64,000 bases of DNA from an uncultured Clostridia bacterium (GCA_934754355.1 CAKVID010000006.1:2004-66003), one strand, 5' to 3'; counted from the stretch's first letter, positions 1 through 10,305 are shown. Made by a program: numbers and translations. The notes: generated by a model from the letters alone, not told the origin.

Positions 1-2
1 TA

Positions 3-2219
3 GCAGCGGGTGCAGCCTGTGCATTCACTGGGAATAATATTTGGGTTAATGCGCCCTTGATTGGAGTTGATGGCGCTCTTAATTACCAGACAATGACATC
101 TAGTGGTTTCTGGGGAGTGATACATGAATTTAATCATCATTTCCAAAGTTATGGAATTGCTGAATATTTGGAAGTGACTAACAATGCTACAAGTCTACTT
201 AGTTATGTCTCTTATACAAATATTTCGGCAAATAGAACTGAAGAAGATAATTCTTTGACGGGTTGGAATAGGTATACCAATCCTATTAGAAGTCTAAGAG
301 AAACAATATCTAATGGAAAAATTGGTCAAACAACACTTAATATTTATGCTGACATTATTCATTCTTTTGGTGTAGAAAAATTTATATTGGCAACACAAAT
401 AAAGGCAAACGACCATACCGTTGATGGGTGGTTTGAAGCATTGTGTGAAGCAACGCATTATGATATGTCATACTACTTTGAAGAATTGCTTGGACATACA
501 ATTTCAAGTGAATTAAAGGCTAAGTATAACGGGGTATATCCTATGTATGTTCCTGTAGCGACACTATACCAAAGTGGAAGAAATTTTGTATTTGATGGCG
601 CTCAGAATTTCATCAAAACTGTAAGACCATATGTGATAACTCGTGGAGAAAAATATACATTTGATTTTGAAAAATATACGGCTATACCAGATGGTTTTGA
701 TTTTGAAATTGTAAATATTGCTACTCCGCAAAGCGGGACCTTAACTAAAGTATCTGACAAAAAGTATGACTATATTGCCGATTATTCGGTAAATAGTGAC
801 AATTTTACAGTTGAAATTAAATTAATTAATGATACAGTAAAGACTAAAAATATTACTTTCACAATTGATTTGGCTTTCAAATATCCATTACCAACTAGTA
901 CAAAATATACTTATGATAGTAATAAATATACTAGTGTAGATGATGCTGTTAAAGAGGATTTTGAAGGGTATACAAATAAAAATATTTCTTATTCAAGAAC
1001 TACATTTCTTAATGGTATTGGAGCAAAACAAATTGGTGTAGTAGAAGGAATGTTATACATACCTAATACTGCTAAATATACAATTTGTTTAAGAGCAGGA
1101 AGAGGCAAGCATGCACTATATCTATCTTATGATGGAATTAATTATGATAAAGTACTTTCATTTGAAGGAGATAAAGGTGGCTTTGAAATAGGTAACGGAC
1201 ATACAATTAATTTGGATTTGCAAAAGGGTAGTCATTTGTGGTATAAGCAAGTTACTATTAGTAATGGGCATTCAGATGCATTTACAGAATTGGGGTGGAG
1301 TGTAGATGAAAATACTCCAGTTAAAATACTTGGTAATTATTTGTATAATAGCAAATCTGAAGGTTATGTAGAGTATAACTTTGAAAGTGAAGAATTATTT
1401 GAGAAAAAATATTTATACTCAGATATGACGGTATATATTAGTAACAATGAAGGTAGCAATGTTGTGTATGCTAATACCCCATCATGGGATAATACAACTA
1501 GTGTGGGAAATATTATTGACGGCAATGAAGAAACTGTGTACCATACACAAAGAAACAATTTTGTGTCAAAAGATAATCCGGTTGAAATAGTTGTTGATTT
1601 GAAGACTGAAAAAATCTATAATAATCTGCTAATTATTAATAGAAAGAGCGGAACTATTCATATGCCAGTTGAATTTAATTTGTATAGCAGTAGCGATAAT
1701 GAAAATTGGCAATTGTTAGGCCGTTATGCTGGTCTTGATTATTCGGGATATACACTTAGTGTATCGTTTGAAGAAAGAGCATTTAGATATTACAAAATTA
1801 TTATTACTGATACAGACGCTCACATAAATAGCACATACAATAAATATGTAAGCATTGCTGAATTGCAGATGAGATTTGTTGTAGGTAAAGCAAGACAATA
1901 TTCATTGGATTTACTTGATTTCTATGGCTTCCAAGTAGATAATAAATTACTAGGTTCTTTTGGATATGTTATTAAAGGCAGTGGATATATTAATTATTCT
2001 TATACGGGTAAAGACTTCCTTCTATACACCAAAGGTGATAATGATTGTAAATTAAAAATTACAATTGATGGAAAGTCCCATGAAACCACAATTAGTGGCG
2101 ATGGCTCAAAGAAAATTAATTTGATTGCAAGTAATTTGAGTAATCGAGAACATGATATTAAAATAGAAGTATTAAGAGGGGTACTGGTTGTAGATAGTTT
2201 TGCAATCGCAAGTGATTAA
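3..2219 (+). CDS. M60-like (enhancin-type) zinc metallopeptidase with a C-terminal discoidin/F5-8 type C-like region; 5' end cut by the window
   Basis: The frame is open from base 3, so the TTG at 57 is probably internal. HEXXH zinc motif (VIHEFNHHFQ) is followed by acidic residues. The C-terminal 'NIIDGNEETVYHTQRN' block looks like a discoidin-type carbohydrate-binding domain. Confidence 0.6.
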   Translation, partial: AAGAACAFTGNNIWVNAPLIGVDGALNYQTMTSSGFWGVIHEFNHHFQSYGIAEYLEVTNNATSLLSYVSYTNISANRTEEDNSLTGWNRYTNPIRSLRETISNGKIGQTTLNIYADIIHSFGVEKFILATQIKANDHTVDGWFEALCEATHYDMSYYFEELLGHTISSELKAKYNGVYPMYVPVATLYQSGRNFVFDGAQNFIKTVRPYVITRGEKYTFDFEKYTAIPDGFDFEIVNIATPQSGTLTKVSDKKYDYIADYSVNSDNFTVEIKLINDTVKTKNITFTIDLAFKYPLPTSTKYTYDSNKYTSVDDAVKEDFEGYTNKNISYSRTTFLNGIGAKQIGVVEGMLYIPNTAKYTICLRAGRGKHALYLSYDGINYDKVLSFEGDKGGFEIGNGHTINLDLQKGSHLWYKQVTISNGHSDAFTELGWSVDENTPVKILGNYLYNSKSEGYVEYNFESEELFEKKYLYSDMTVYISNNEGSNVVYANTPSWDNTTSVGNIIDGNEETVYHTQRNNFVSKDNPVEIVVDLKTEKIYNNLLIINRKSGTIHMPVEFNLYSSSDNENWQLLGRYAGLDYSGYTLSVSFEERAFRYYKIIITDTDAHINSTYNKYVSIAELQMRFVVGKARQYSLDLLDFYGFQVDNKLLGSFGYVIKGSGYINYSYTGKDFLLYTKGDNDCKLKITIDGKSHETTISGDGSKKINLIASNLSNREHDIKIEVLRGVLVVDSFAIASD

Positions 2220-2226
2220 AATAAAA

Positions 2227-2280
2227 AACACTTTGCTATTTAATCTATAAATGATTATTTCAAAGTGTTTTTTTATTTTT
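2227..2280. terminator. Hairpin flanked by an A-run and a T-run; bidirectional terminator between convergent genes
   Basis: aacactttg (2227-2235) pairs with caaagtgtt (2261-2269), followed by a T-run. Confidence 0.6.
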
Positions 2281-2307
2281 TTATAAAATGTATATAATGC
2301 TAAATAA

Positions 2308-3456
2308 TTATTTTGCTTGTTTTTTCTTTTCTATTACTTCAAACATCATTTGTTCCATTTTTTTCATGCATTCTTCTTGTTTGAAAGTTTTGGAAGAATT
2401 AATATATTTATCCTCATATATTCTCTTTTCTTCGGGATTATCTAGCCAGTAATCTATTACTCTAGCCAAGTCGGCATAGTCTCTGCATTTGAATATGCAT
2501 TTGTCGTCTACTGCAAATTCTTTGGTTGCTGAAAGTTTGCTATCTGATACTATTGTTAATTTCCCACACGCTACTGCCTCTAAACAAGCAATACCTTCCA
2601 ATTCAATTTCAGCAGGGTGTACATACAAGTCGGAATAATTAAGAACATCTATAATTTCATTTCTGCCAAACAAACCAAAATGTGTATTGACTTTAAGTTT
2701 GTTGCTTAATTTTCTATAATATTTTTCTTTAGGGCCTTTGCCGGCAAGAATTAATTGTATGTTATCTTTGTGATGAGATAAATTAATAGCTTTGATTAGA
2801 GTATCTTGAGATTTTTCTCTTGCATATCTTCCGGTAGAAAGAATTACAATTTTGTCTTTCAAATTATCTGGTTTTGGAGTGTCTCTGCGTTCTACATAAC
2901 TATGAACCCCATTAGATATTACATAGCCTGGCGTTACTTTCTTGATACTGGTCTCGAAAATATCTCTAATAAATTGTGTTGGATAATGTATTCCGTCTAC
3001 ATATTGGAATTGATTTTTCCAAATATATTTATATACCAAATTGTTTGCATATTTTATTTTGTTTAATTTGAAATATGATGTAAAATTCTCAGCTTGCATA
3101 TGGAAACCTGCTGTTATTGGCAAATTTAATTCTCTGGCTATTCTGCAAGTACTTATTCCTAGGCTAAGCGGAACCATTATATGTACGATATCTGCACCAG
3201 TTAGTGCTTGTTTTATAATATCTTTATCTGGTTTAGCAAGTGTTACACCAACTTTGCTTACATATTTATTAAGAACCTTGCCAAAATTTAGATTGGGAAC
3301 TACATAGCAATTATCCAATCCTTTCTTATCTTGGTCTCCACACAAAATTCTTACAGTGTGTCCTTGTTTCTTTAGAAATCTTATTAAATTCATAGCGGCA
3401 ACGGTAGTTCCGTTGTTTTCTTCGCCTAGTACATCACAAACTATTGTTATTATCAT
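2308..3456 (-). CDS. GT4-family glycosyltransferase (glycolipid/diacylglycerol glycosyltransferase-like)
   Basis: 382 aa. The N-terminal 'GGTTVAAMNL..L...GH.V' and the C-terminal 'E..G...LEA.ACG' are typical of GT-B/GT4 enzymes. Confidence 0.7.
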   Translation of the reverse strand: MIITIVCDVLGEENNGTTVAAMNLIRFLKKQGHTVRILCGDQDKKGLDNCYVVPNLNFGKVLNKYVSKVGVTLAKPDKDIIKQALTGADIVHIMVPLSLGISTCRIARELNLPITAGFHMQAENFTSYFKLNKIKYANNLVYKYIWKNQFQYVDGIHYPTQFIRDIFETSIKKVTPGYVISNGVHSYVERRDTPKPDNLKDKIVILSTGRYAREKSQDTLIKAINLSHHKDNIQLILAGKGPKEKYYRKLSNKLKVNTHFGLFGRNEIIDVLNYSDLYVHPAEIELEGIACLEAVACGKLTIVSDSKLSATKEFAVDDKCIFKCRDYADLARVIDYWLDNPEEKRIYEDKYINSSKTFKQEECMKKMEQMMFEVIEKKKQAK

Positions 3457-3562
3457 AATTTATTTTATCCTAAGATGTAATTTTTTATTTTATTTCCATT
3501 ACATAATTAAATATATCTTTATGATTTTAGTTTAGCATATTTTGTCGAATTACAAAATAAAA

Positions 3563-3613
3563 ATTAGGCATAAATATAATTTATATTTTACAAATTACTG
3601 ATTTATGTCTAAT
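3563..3613 (-). terminator. Rho-independent terminator downstream of glmS
   Basis: attaggcataaat (3563-3575) pairs with atttatgtctaat (3601-3613) with one G-U. A T-run follows on the minus strand. Confidence 0.55.
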
Positions 3614-3647
3614 TTTTATTTATTAGTATTTAATTTTTTAAAGATTT

Positions 3648-5441
3648 TTATTCTACTGTTACGCTTTTTGCTAAATTTCTTGGTTTATCTGGATTGATGC
3701 CTTTGGTTGTTGATGTATAATATGCAAGCCATTGAAAGAATTTGATAGATGTCATAGGCATGATGTCTTCGCCCAAGTCATCTAAGTGAATATTTAAGTA
3801 GATATCATGTAATTTGTCTTGACTTATGTCTAGATTTGATACAACTACAATTTTGGCACCCCTAGCATATGCTTCGTGTGCTGCGTTTAGTGTTTTGTCT
3901 AGCAAATGTTTTTCGGTGGCTACTACAAATAAAATTGTATCGCTATCTACAAGTGCAAGAAATCCGTGTTTTAATTCTCCAGAAGGGTAAGCAGATGAAT
4001 TGATATAAGTTATTTCTTTCAATTTCAAACTTGCTTCTTCGGCTGTGATATAATCGGTGTCTCTGCCAATAAAGAATACATTGCTTGCAGAAGTAAGTTT
4101 AGTGGATAATTCTTTGATTTGGTCAAAGTAATTATCTGATGTCAATAAAAATTTGGATAGATTTTCTAGTGCCTTGTAATCTTTATTAAATTTAATTGTG
4201 GCTAGATAATTGGCAAATAAATATAATACAGAGATTTGAGCGGTATAGGCTTTGGTTGATGCTACGGCAAGTTCAGGTCCTGCACAAACAGGGAATATAT
4301 AATCACTATTTTTGGCAAGTGTGCTATATAGTACATTAGTTAAAGCGATTGTGTGAGTATTATTTGCTTTAACAATTTCTAATGCTCCCAAAGTATCTGC
4401 AGTCTCTCCGCTTTGGCTTACAAATATGGCTAAAGTATCTTTATCTATTATTGGATTGGAGTATCTAAATTCGCTAGCGATGTATGCAGAAGATTTAATT
4501 CTTGCATATTTTTCTAACATTCTGGCACCCATCAATGCTGCGTGATAGGCTGTTCCACAACCAATTAAAATTATATTATTTATGCTTTCTAATTCATTGG
4601 TGTTTAATTTCTCGAATACTTTGCTATCTTGGTAAGTTGAAATTAATCTATTGATTACATCTTTTTCCTGAGATATCTCTTTTTGCATAAAATGACTATA
4701 ATTTCCAAGTCCAGCATCTTCTACTTCAAAATTCATCTTGGTGGAAGTTTTGTCAATAGGTATAAGATTATTGTCAAAAAACTCTATTGTATTTTCAGTA
4801 ATGCGGGCATACTCTTTATTATTTAAGGTATAGTACTCAGTACATTTGCCTACAAAACATATGGGGTCGCTTGCTATATAATTGCCGTTACTTCCATATG
4901 CTACATATAGAGGGCTTTCATTTCTGGCTACACAAATCTCGTGGGGATTGTGTGTAGATATTACTGCTAAAGCGTAACTTCCTATTAGTTTATCACAAGC
5001 AAATTTAAGTGCTTCCAAACTATTATGTTTATTTGAAACTTGAAGTAAGTGAGCGATAGTTTCGGTGTCTGTTTCGCTCTTAAAATTAATATTGTGATTT
5101 TGAATTAAATCGTTTTTTAAGGGTAAGTAATTCTCTATAATTCCATTGTGAACAATTGCCCAATTTCCGTCTTGGCTTAAATGAGGGTGGGCGTTAATTG
5201 AATTTGCTTTGCCATGAGTTGCCCATCTAGTATGTGCTATACCGCATGAATTAGTAACGGGAAAACCTAATATGTTTTCAAGATTGCTAACAGCGCCTGC
5301 GCTTTTGATAACTTCAATACTATTATTATTAATGCAGGCTATTCCTGCTGAGTCGTAACCTCTATATTCTACTCCTTTGATCAATTGTAATAATTCTGTT
5401 TTTGAATTTTCTTTGCCTATATATCCTGCTATTCCACACAT
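3648..5441 (-). CDS. glmS: Glutamine--fructose-6-phosphate aminotransferase
   Basis: 597 aa with N-terminal MCGI(A)GY nucleophile Cys, two SIS domains and the canonical C-terminal ...KSVTVE. Confidence 0.97.
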   Translation of the reverse strand: MCGIAGYIGKENSKTELLQLIKGVEYRGYDSAGIACINNNSIEVIKSAGAVSNLENILGFPVTNSCGIAHTRWATHGKANSINAHPHLSQDGNWAIVHNGIIENYLPLKNDLIQNHNINFKSETDTETIAHLLQVSNKHNSLEALKFACDKLIGSYALAVISTHNPHEICVARNESPLYVAYGSNGNYIASDPICFVGKCTEYYTLNNKEYARITENTIEFFDNNLIPIDKTSTKMNFEVEDAGLGNYSHFMQKEISQEKDVINRLISTYQDSKVFEKLNTNELESINNIILIGCGTAYHAALMGARMLEKYARIKSSAYIASEFRYSNPIIDKDTLAIFVSQSGETADTLGALEIVKANNTHTIALTNVLYSTLAKNSDYIFPVCAGPELAVASTKAYTAQISVLYLFANYLATIKFNKDYKALENLSKFLLTSDNYFDQIKELSTKLTSASNVFFIGRDTDYITAEEASLKLKEITYINSSAYPSGELKHGFLALVDSDTILFVVATEKHLLDKTLNAAHEAYARGAKIVVVSNLDISQDKLHDIYLNIHLDDLGEDIMPMTSIKFFQWLAYYTSTTKGINPDKPRNLAKSVTVE

Positions 5442-5444
5442 ATT

Positions 5445-6761
5445 TTATTCTCCATCAATGTCATATACTATTTGTTCTATTTCTTTGGCGTGTTTGGTTG
5501 CGATATCCAAATCTTTGCATTCAACCATAATTCTTATTTTTGGTTCTGTGCCAGAGACTCTAACCATAATTCTTGCGTCGTCGCCTAGTTCTTTCTCAGT
5601 TTGGTCTACTTTATCCATAAGTTTGGCGCTGTTGATAATTTTGACTTTATCTGATACTATACAGTCTATATTGCATTGAGGGTATAAATTTGCGTGTGCA
5701 AGTATGCTTATTTTTTGTTTGGTTCTTACCATCATTTCAGCAATCTTGATGCCAGATAGAATGCCGTCTCCGGTGCTTGCAAATTCTCTGAAAATAATGT
5801 GTCCAGATTTTTCTCCACCAAGACTTAAGCCTTCTTCTTCCATTTTGGCAATTACATATTTGTCTCCAATGTCTGTGCGGATTAATTTGATGCCTTCTTT
5901 CTCCAAATCTTTTTCTAATCCCATATTAGTGTGTCTTGTGCCAACAACGGTGTTTTTGGCAAGTGCATTTTGGCTTTTTAAATATTTGGCAAGCATAAAA
6001 ATAATTACATCGCCGTCAATAATATTACCGTTTTCGTCACAAGCGATAATTCTATCTGCATCGCCATCGAATGCAAAACCAACATCTGCTTTGTATTTTC
6101 TGACTGCTTTCGCCATAACTTCTGGGTGCATAGAACCGCAATTGTCATTTATGAATGCACCCTCGTTGCGACAATTGGTTGCAATAACTTTGGCTCCCAA
6201 TGCTCGGAATACGGCAGGAGCAATTTTGTGAGCAGCGCCATTGCTACCATCTAATAAGATTGTAAGCGAAGACAAATCTTCTTTGCAACAACTGATTAAA
6301 TGTTCTTCGTATAATTTAACCAAAGAGAAGTCTTGACTATAATTACCAATATTAGGATAGTCGTTGTGTGTTTCATGAATAAATTTTCTCTCTAATGCTT
6401 CTTCTTTTTTATCGCTTAATTTAATTCCGTTAGTGTCAAATATTTTAATTCCGTTATATTCCGCTGGATTGTGTGAAGCACTTACGACTGCTCCGAAATC
6501 TACGCTGGTTTTCTCTGTGATATATGCAATACCTGGCGTTGTGCAAACACCTATATCTATTACATCTGCTCCTGCGGTCATTGCTCCTGTGGAAAATGCT
6601 GAGGTTAGAAAGGTTCTAGTTGTACGAGTGTCACCTCCAATTAATATTGTTGCTTTGTCTTTGTTTGTAGCAACAGCATTGCCACATTTGAATGCTAAAT
6701 CGTATGTAAGATAGTTATTAACAACTCCTCTTATTCCGTCTGTTCCAAAAAAAACTCCCAT
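5445..6761 (-). CDS. glmM: Phosphoglucosamine mutase
   Basis: 438 aa with the active-site SASHNPAEYNGIK and the metal loop FDGDADR. It lies 3 nt upstream of glmS. Confidence 0.95.
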   Translation of the reverse strand: MGVFFGTDGIRGVVNNYLTYDLAFKCGNAVATNKDKATILIGGDTRTTRTFLTSAFSTGAMTAGADVIDIGVCTTPGIAYITEKTSVDFGAVVSASHNPAEYNGIKIFDTNGIKLSDKKEEALERKFIHETHNDYPNIGNYSQDFSLVKLYEEHLISCCKEDLSSLTILLDGSNGAAHKIAPAVFRALGAKVIATNCRNEGAFINDNCGSMHPEVMAKAVRKYKADVGFAFDGDADRIIACDENGNIIDGDVIIFMLAKYLKSQNALAKNTVVGTRHTNMGLEKDLEKEGIKLIRTDIGDKYVIAKMEEEGLSLGGEKSGHIIFREFASTGDGILSGIKIAEMMVRTKQKISILAHANLYPQCNIDCIVSDKVKIINSAKLMDKVDQTEKELGDDARIMVRVSGTEPKIRIMVECKDLDIATKHAKEIEQIVYDIDGE

Positions 6762-6763
6762 TT

Positions 6764-7402
6764 TTATTTTATCTCCGTTTTATATTTTTTTGCATACTCA
6801 GTTTTAACTGTTTCTCTAACTCTTCCTATAACAAAATCAAATGGATTTGTGTCTATGGTGATAGTTGTGCCTGCGCAAATGTAACTGTCATCGGCAATAT
6901 TTACAGGGGCAACTACATTTACATTGCTTCCGATAAAACAATTGTTGCCAACTTTTGACCTTGATTTGCTTTTGCCGTTGTAATTAACAAATATTGCACC
7001 GCAACCAATGTTACAATCTTTGCCAATGTCTGCATCTCCTATGTATGCTAGATGTGAAGCCTTGCTTCCATCTCCAATATTTGAATTCTTAATTTCTACA
7101 AAGTTGCCAATTTTGCAATTGCTTCCAATAGTGCTATTTGGCCTAAGTCTAGAGAATGGACCAATGCTAGTTTTTTCTGCGATTGTACTGGCTTCTATGT
7201 AACTATGGTCAATTGTGCAATCATTAGATACTCTGCAATCAACTATGTAATTATTAGGCATAAGTACAACATTGTCTCCAATTACTGTATTACCCTTAAT
7301 AATGTTATTTGGGTGAATAATTACATTTTTTCCAAATTGAACTGTATCATCTATGAATACAGTGTTTTCGCCAATTATTGTTGGCTGATTTTCTTCTTTC
7401 AT
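6764..7402 (-). CDS. Left-handed beta-helix acetyltransferase equivalent to the C-terminal (GlcN-1-P acetyltransferase) half of GlmU only
   Basis: 'NFVEIKNSNIGDGSKASHLAYIGDADIG..CNIG.G.I..NY.G..K....VG...FIGSN..VVAPV.I' matches the GlmU C-terminal domain. I place the start at the ATG at 7402, with AAAAAGGAG 8 nt upstream. There is no uridylyltransferase domain, because in-frame stops lie upstream of 7462. Confidence 0.8.
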   Translation of the reverse strand: MKEENQPTIIGENTVFIDDTVQFGKNVIIHPNNIIKGNTVIGDNVVLMPNNYIVDCRVSNDCTIDHSYIEASTIAEKTSIGPFSRLRPNSTIGSNCKIGNFVEIKNSNIGDGSKASHLAYIGDADIGKDCNIGCGAIFVNYNGKSKSRSKVGNNCFIGSNVNVVAPVNIADDSYICAGTTITIDTNPFDFVIGRVRETVKTEYAKKYKTEIK

Positions 7403-7900
7403 ATTTATAAACTCCTTTTTAGTTGCAATAATTATTATATATTTAACCATTATAAAAAGCAAATATAATGTATGAAAATTTCAAAATATTGTACCTGTTT
7501 TTAATAGTTTTTTAGTGATTTTGTATCTGTTTTACGAAATAAAGCCGTTTTTTATAAATTCATAATTTTAAAAAGTGATACCTCTTTTGTAAATATTTTA
7601 TGGTATTATTTTCCAAAATGTGTGTGTTTTGAAAAAATATTACATAATAACTTAATTTATTTGTTGTGTGGTTATTCTCTTTATAATATTCTGGATTTTT
7701 CTTATATTGTGACTGCTATTTGCAATAAAAAGAATATAAAATAAATTCGATTAAAGTTACACCATAAGATTAATTGGGTCTTGTCTTTGATTAACGATGT
7801 GTAACTCATGTCTTAAATTTAATAAATTAAAATTGTATTTTAGATTGATTGATTAAAAATTTAAGAGTGGTATTTGTAGATATTAATTGCTTGTGATAAT

Positions 7901-7950
7901 AAAAAAGACAAGATTAGAAATTAAAACTGTGTCTTAAAATCTATCTTGTC
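7901..7950 (-). terminator. Rho-independent terminator after the 142-aa gene
   Basis: On the minus strand GACAAGAT...ATCTTGTC (7943-7950 / 7907-7914) is followed by TTTTTT. Confidence 0.7.
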
Positions 7951-7954
7951 GTAT

Positions 7955-8383
7955 TTACATATTTTTTTGATTGTCAAGCAATTCTTGTAATTGTTCTATT
8001 GGTAGTGGTTGGTCTCTGAATTTATCTGGAACAGTATTTACAAGCCAACTTGGGTCAAACTTTGAAATAGGTATAGCATACTCAACTTGATTAGTTGTAT
8101 CTGTATCGTAGTTGTGAGGTTCATAATAACCTATCCCTCTGTGGAAAAGTAATTTTGTTCTGGGGATATCAAATGAACAGAAGTAAAATTCATTATCATA
8201 ATCTCTATATAAAACTCTTATGTCAAGTAATCCCGATAAATCTTTGAAAAAGTGTAAGTAGTGGGACTTACTGTAGCGATGGTTATTGAATGGTGTTCTA
8301 TGAAATTTACTTCCGATATCTTCGCTTTGACCGCTAGTGATTTTATTCAATTCTTCTAAACTTAGATATCTATAAACTAACAT
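7955..8383 (-). CDS. Hypothetical protein, 142 aa; possible small R-S-E type ADP-ribosyltransferase-like toxin
   Basis: The ordered motifs VYRY (aa 3-6), FCSF (about aa 68-71) and NQVEYAIP (about aa 98-105) resemble the aromatic-R / STS / QxE-phi-x-phi-P pattern of C3-like ARTs. This rests on motifs only. Confidence 0.3.
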   Translation of the reverse strand: MLVYRYLSLEELNKITSGQSEDIGSKFHRTPFNNHRYSKSHYLHFFKDLSGLLDIRVLYRDYDNEFYFCSFDIPRTKLLFHRGIGYYEPHNYDTDTTNQVEYAIPISKFDPSWLVNTVPDKFRDQPLPIEQLQELLDNQKNM

Positions 8384-8392
8384 TTTATTTGC

Positions 8393-9127
8393 CTACATAT
8401 TGAAGTCTTCAGGTAGAGAAATTCCAAGTTCTTCGTTGGGATAAGGGGATATTGCTCGAATATCTATATCTCTTTCGTCAATTGCAGACATTATACTACC
8501 ATATAAATCTACAACTGCATCTAGCATTCCATGTGCCAAAGAATAATACTTTAAATCTTGATTGCCTCTGCATTGCTCACGATGTTTGAATGCTGAAAAT
8601 TTGTAATCAAACAATGTGTCAAGTGATTTTTTATCGGCAAATTCTTGTAGAGAATTTCCTTCGCTGACTTTTTTATTTCTTATCTCTAATCTGTCTTTTA
8701 ATAATTTGGGTGCAACATGTTTTATAAAAAATTCGTATAAAGAATATTTGTCTTTAACAATATCTTCAGCGTTGAAATATTGATTTTCTAAATTTTGAGA
8801 TACAAATTCCTCAATAATTCTCTCTGGAAGATTGTTGTACTCATCAATTTGCTGTTCGTTATTGCCTAGAGGCAAATCAATAAAATCTCTATCTTTATTA
8901 GCAAGAGTAATTTTTCCAGAATATATGGCGTCATCTCCTACATATTGTGGCATTCCGGCATACACAAAATTGAAGGCTTCTTTGTAGTCTTTAATTCCGC
9001 AAGTTTTCATTTTTTTATTGAATTCAGTGTCGTAAGATTTCTTATCTATCGGCAAGTATCCATCGGCAATTGCAATTGCCATAATTAATGCGTTTTCGTT
9101 TTGAATATCTAAATCAGACTTTTTCAT
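8393..9127 (-). CDS. Hypothetical protein, about 244 aa, co-operonic with the 142-aa gene (9-nt gap)
   Basis: Long ORF with GGGGTGGGA 3-4 nt upstream of the ATG at 9127. The track's GTG at 9136 is probably too early. I recognised no domain. Confidence 0.6.
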   Translation of the reverse strand: MKKSDLDIQNENALIMAIAIADGYLPIDKKSYDTEFNKKMKTCGIKDYKEAFNFVYAGMPQYVGDDAIYSGKITLANKDRDFIDLPLGNNEQQIDEYNNLPERIIEEFVSQNLENQYFNAEDIVKDKYSLYEFFIKHVAPKLLKDRLEIRNKKVSEGNSLQEFADKKSLDTLFDYKFSAFKHREQCRGNQDLKYYSLAHGMLDAVVDLYGSIMSAIDERDIDIRAISPYPNEELGISLPEDFNM

Positions 9128-9345
9128 ATTTCCCACCCCAAATATTATTTATTATAAATTGTAACATATGAAATTTAAAAATTCAATAGGCTTTGACAAA
9201 ATACATTATTTTACTTTTTGAATTATGATTATAATGCGTCTAATTTATTATTGTGATTAATTATCTTATTAAAATGAATTATTCTATTGACAGTTTGTCT
9301 AAATATGTAGTAAAATGTAGGTAATTTATTCGTGGGGTGGTAGTT

Positions 9346-10305
9346 ATGAATTCTAAATTTCAATCTAATTTGAGAAAATTGGCTCAAAATTATTCTCAAA
9401 AACAAATCGCTATTAAAACGGGTTTTTCTCAATCTAGTATTAATAATTATTTATCTGGTAGTAGTGACCCGTCAATTCAATTTGTAATTGCCCTTAAAGA
9501 TGCTTTTGGAATAAGTGTAGATGACTTCTTGTTTTCAGATTTTCAAGTAGAAGATCAAGTGTCTTATGAGCAGTTCTTGGGTAATTATATTATATATTAT
9601 TACAATAATAGTTCATACAAAGGTGAGGTTCATACCAATATTACAAATACCCTTAATTATGGTGTGCTTAGTGTGTATAGGAAAGATGGCTTTGATGGGG
9701 ATATTAAAGTCTCGGCAACTTTTTTTAAAGATAAGATAAGTGCAGTAAAATTATTGAAATTGCTTAATTCAAGTGAAAATAGTGCTGATGATTTTTTCAA
9801 AAATGCAGAGAATGTGTACGATGGAGAAATTTCTTGCACTGATCAAAGTTTATTTTTTATACTTTCTAACAAAGATAATTTTGATAAGTGTTTTATAATA
9901 CTTAATAATCCTCCAACCAAACAAAAGTACATTGGTGGAGTTGGCACGGTTAATTCTATTGCTAGAGGAAGAGAACATAATCCTTGTGTGCAATTCATTA
10001 TTCTTTCCAAGAAGATAATTGATGTACCAGATGGAGAATTATATAATATCTTGAAATTTGAAGATTATACTGTAAGTCTGGATTATGCAATTAAAGATAC
10101 TATAGATTTATTCAAAAGATTGTATGCAGAAAAAAATGAGTTGTCTATAGAATTGAGTGAAACACAGAAACTAGCAATTGTAAGAAATAAATTAGAATAT
10201 TATTTTAATGATATTTTGAGTGCAAATACTTTCAGATTTGCCAAAGTTTCTAATAAAGAAGATGATGGAATTTATAAACTAATTAAGGAGGGAATTGATG
10301 TCTGA
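9346..10305 (+). CDS. XRE-family helix-turn-helix protein with an uncharacterised C-terminal domain of about 250 aa
   Basis: 'LRKLAQNYSQKQIAIKTGFSQSSINNYLSG...PSIQFVIALKDAFGISVDDFL' is a classic HTH_XRE. It is divergent from the 8393 operon and its end overlaps the next gene by 11 nt. Confidence 0.8.
   Translation: MNSKFQSNLRKLAQNYSQKQIAIKTGFSQSSINNYLSGSSDPSIQFVIALKDAFGISVDDFLFSDFQVEDQVSYEQFLGNYIIYYYNNSSYKGEVHTNITNTLNYGVLSVYRKDGFDGDIKVSATFFKDKISAVKLLKLLNSSENSADDFFKNAENVYDGEISCTDQSLFFILSNKDNFDKCFIILNNPPTKQKYIGGVGTVNSIARGREHNPCVQFIILSKKIIDVPDGELYNILKFEDYTVSLDYAIKDTIDLFKRLYAEKNELSIELSETQKLAIVRNKLEYYFNDILSANTFRFAKVSNKEDDGIYKLIKEGIDV

Noticed and set aside
7403-7950. Looked for a glmS ribozyme upstream of the glm operon and between glmM and glmS
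   Set aside because: glmS follows glmM by 3 nt, so there is no leader. The 7403-7950 region is extremely AT-rich and shows none of the GC-rich glmS ribozyme core segments I know.
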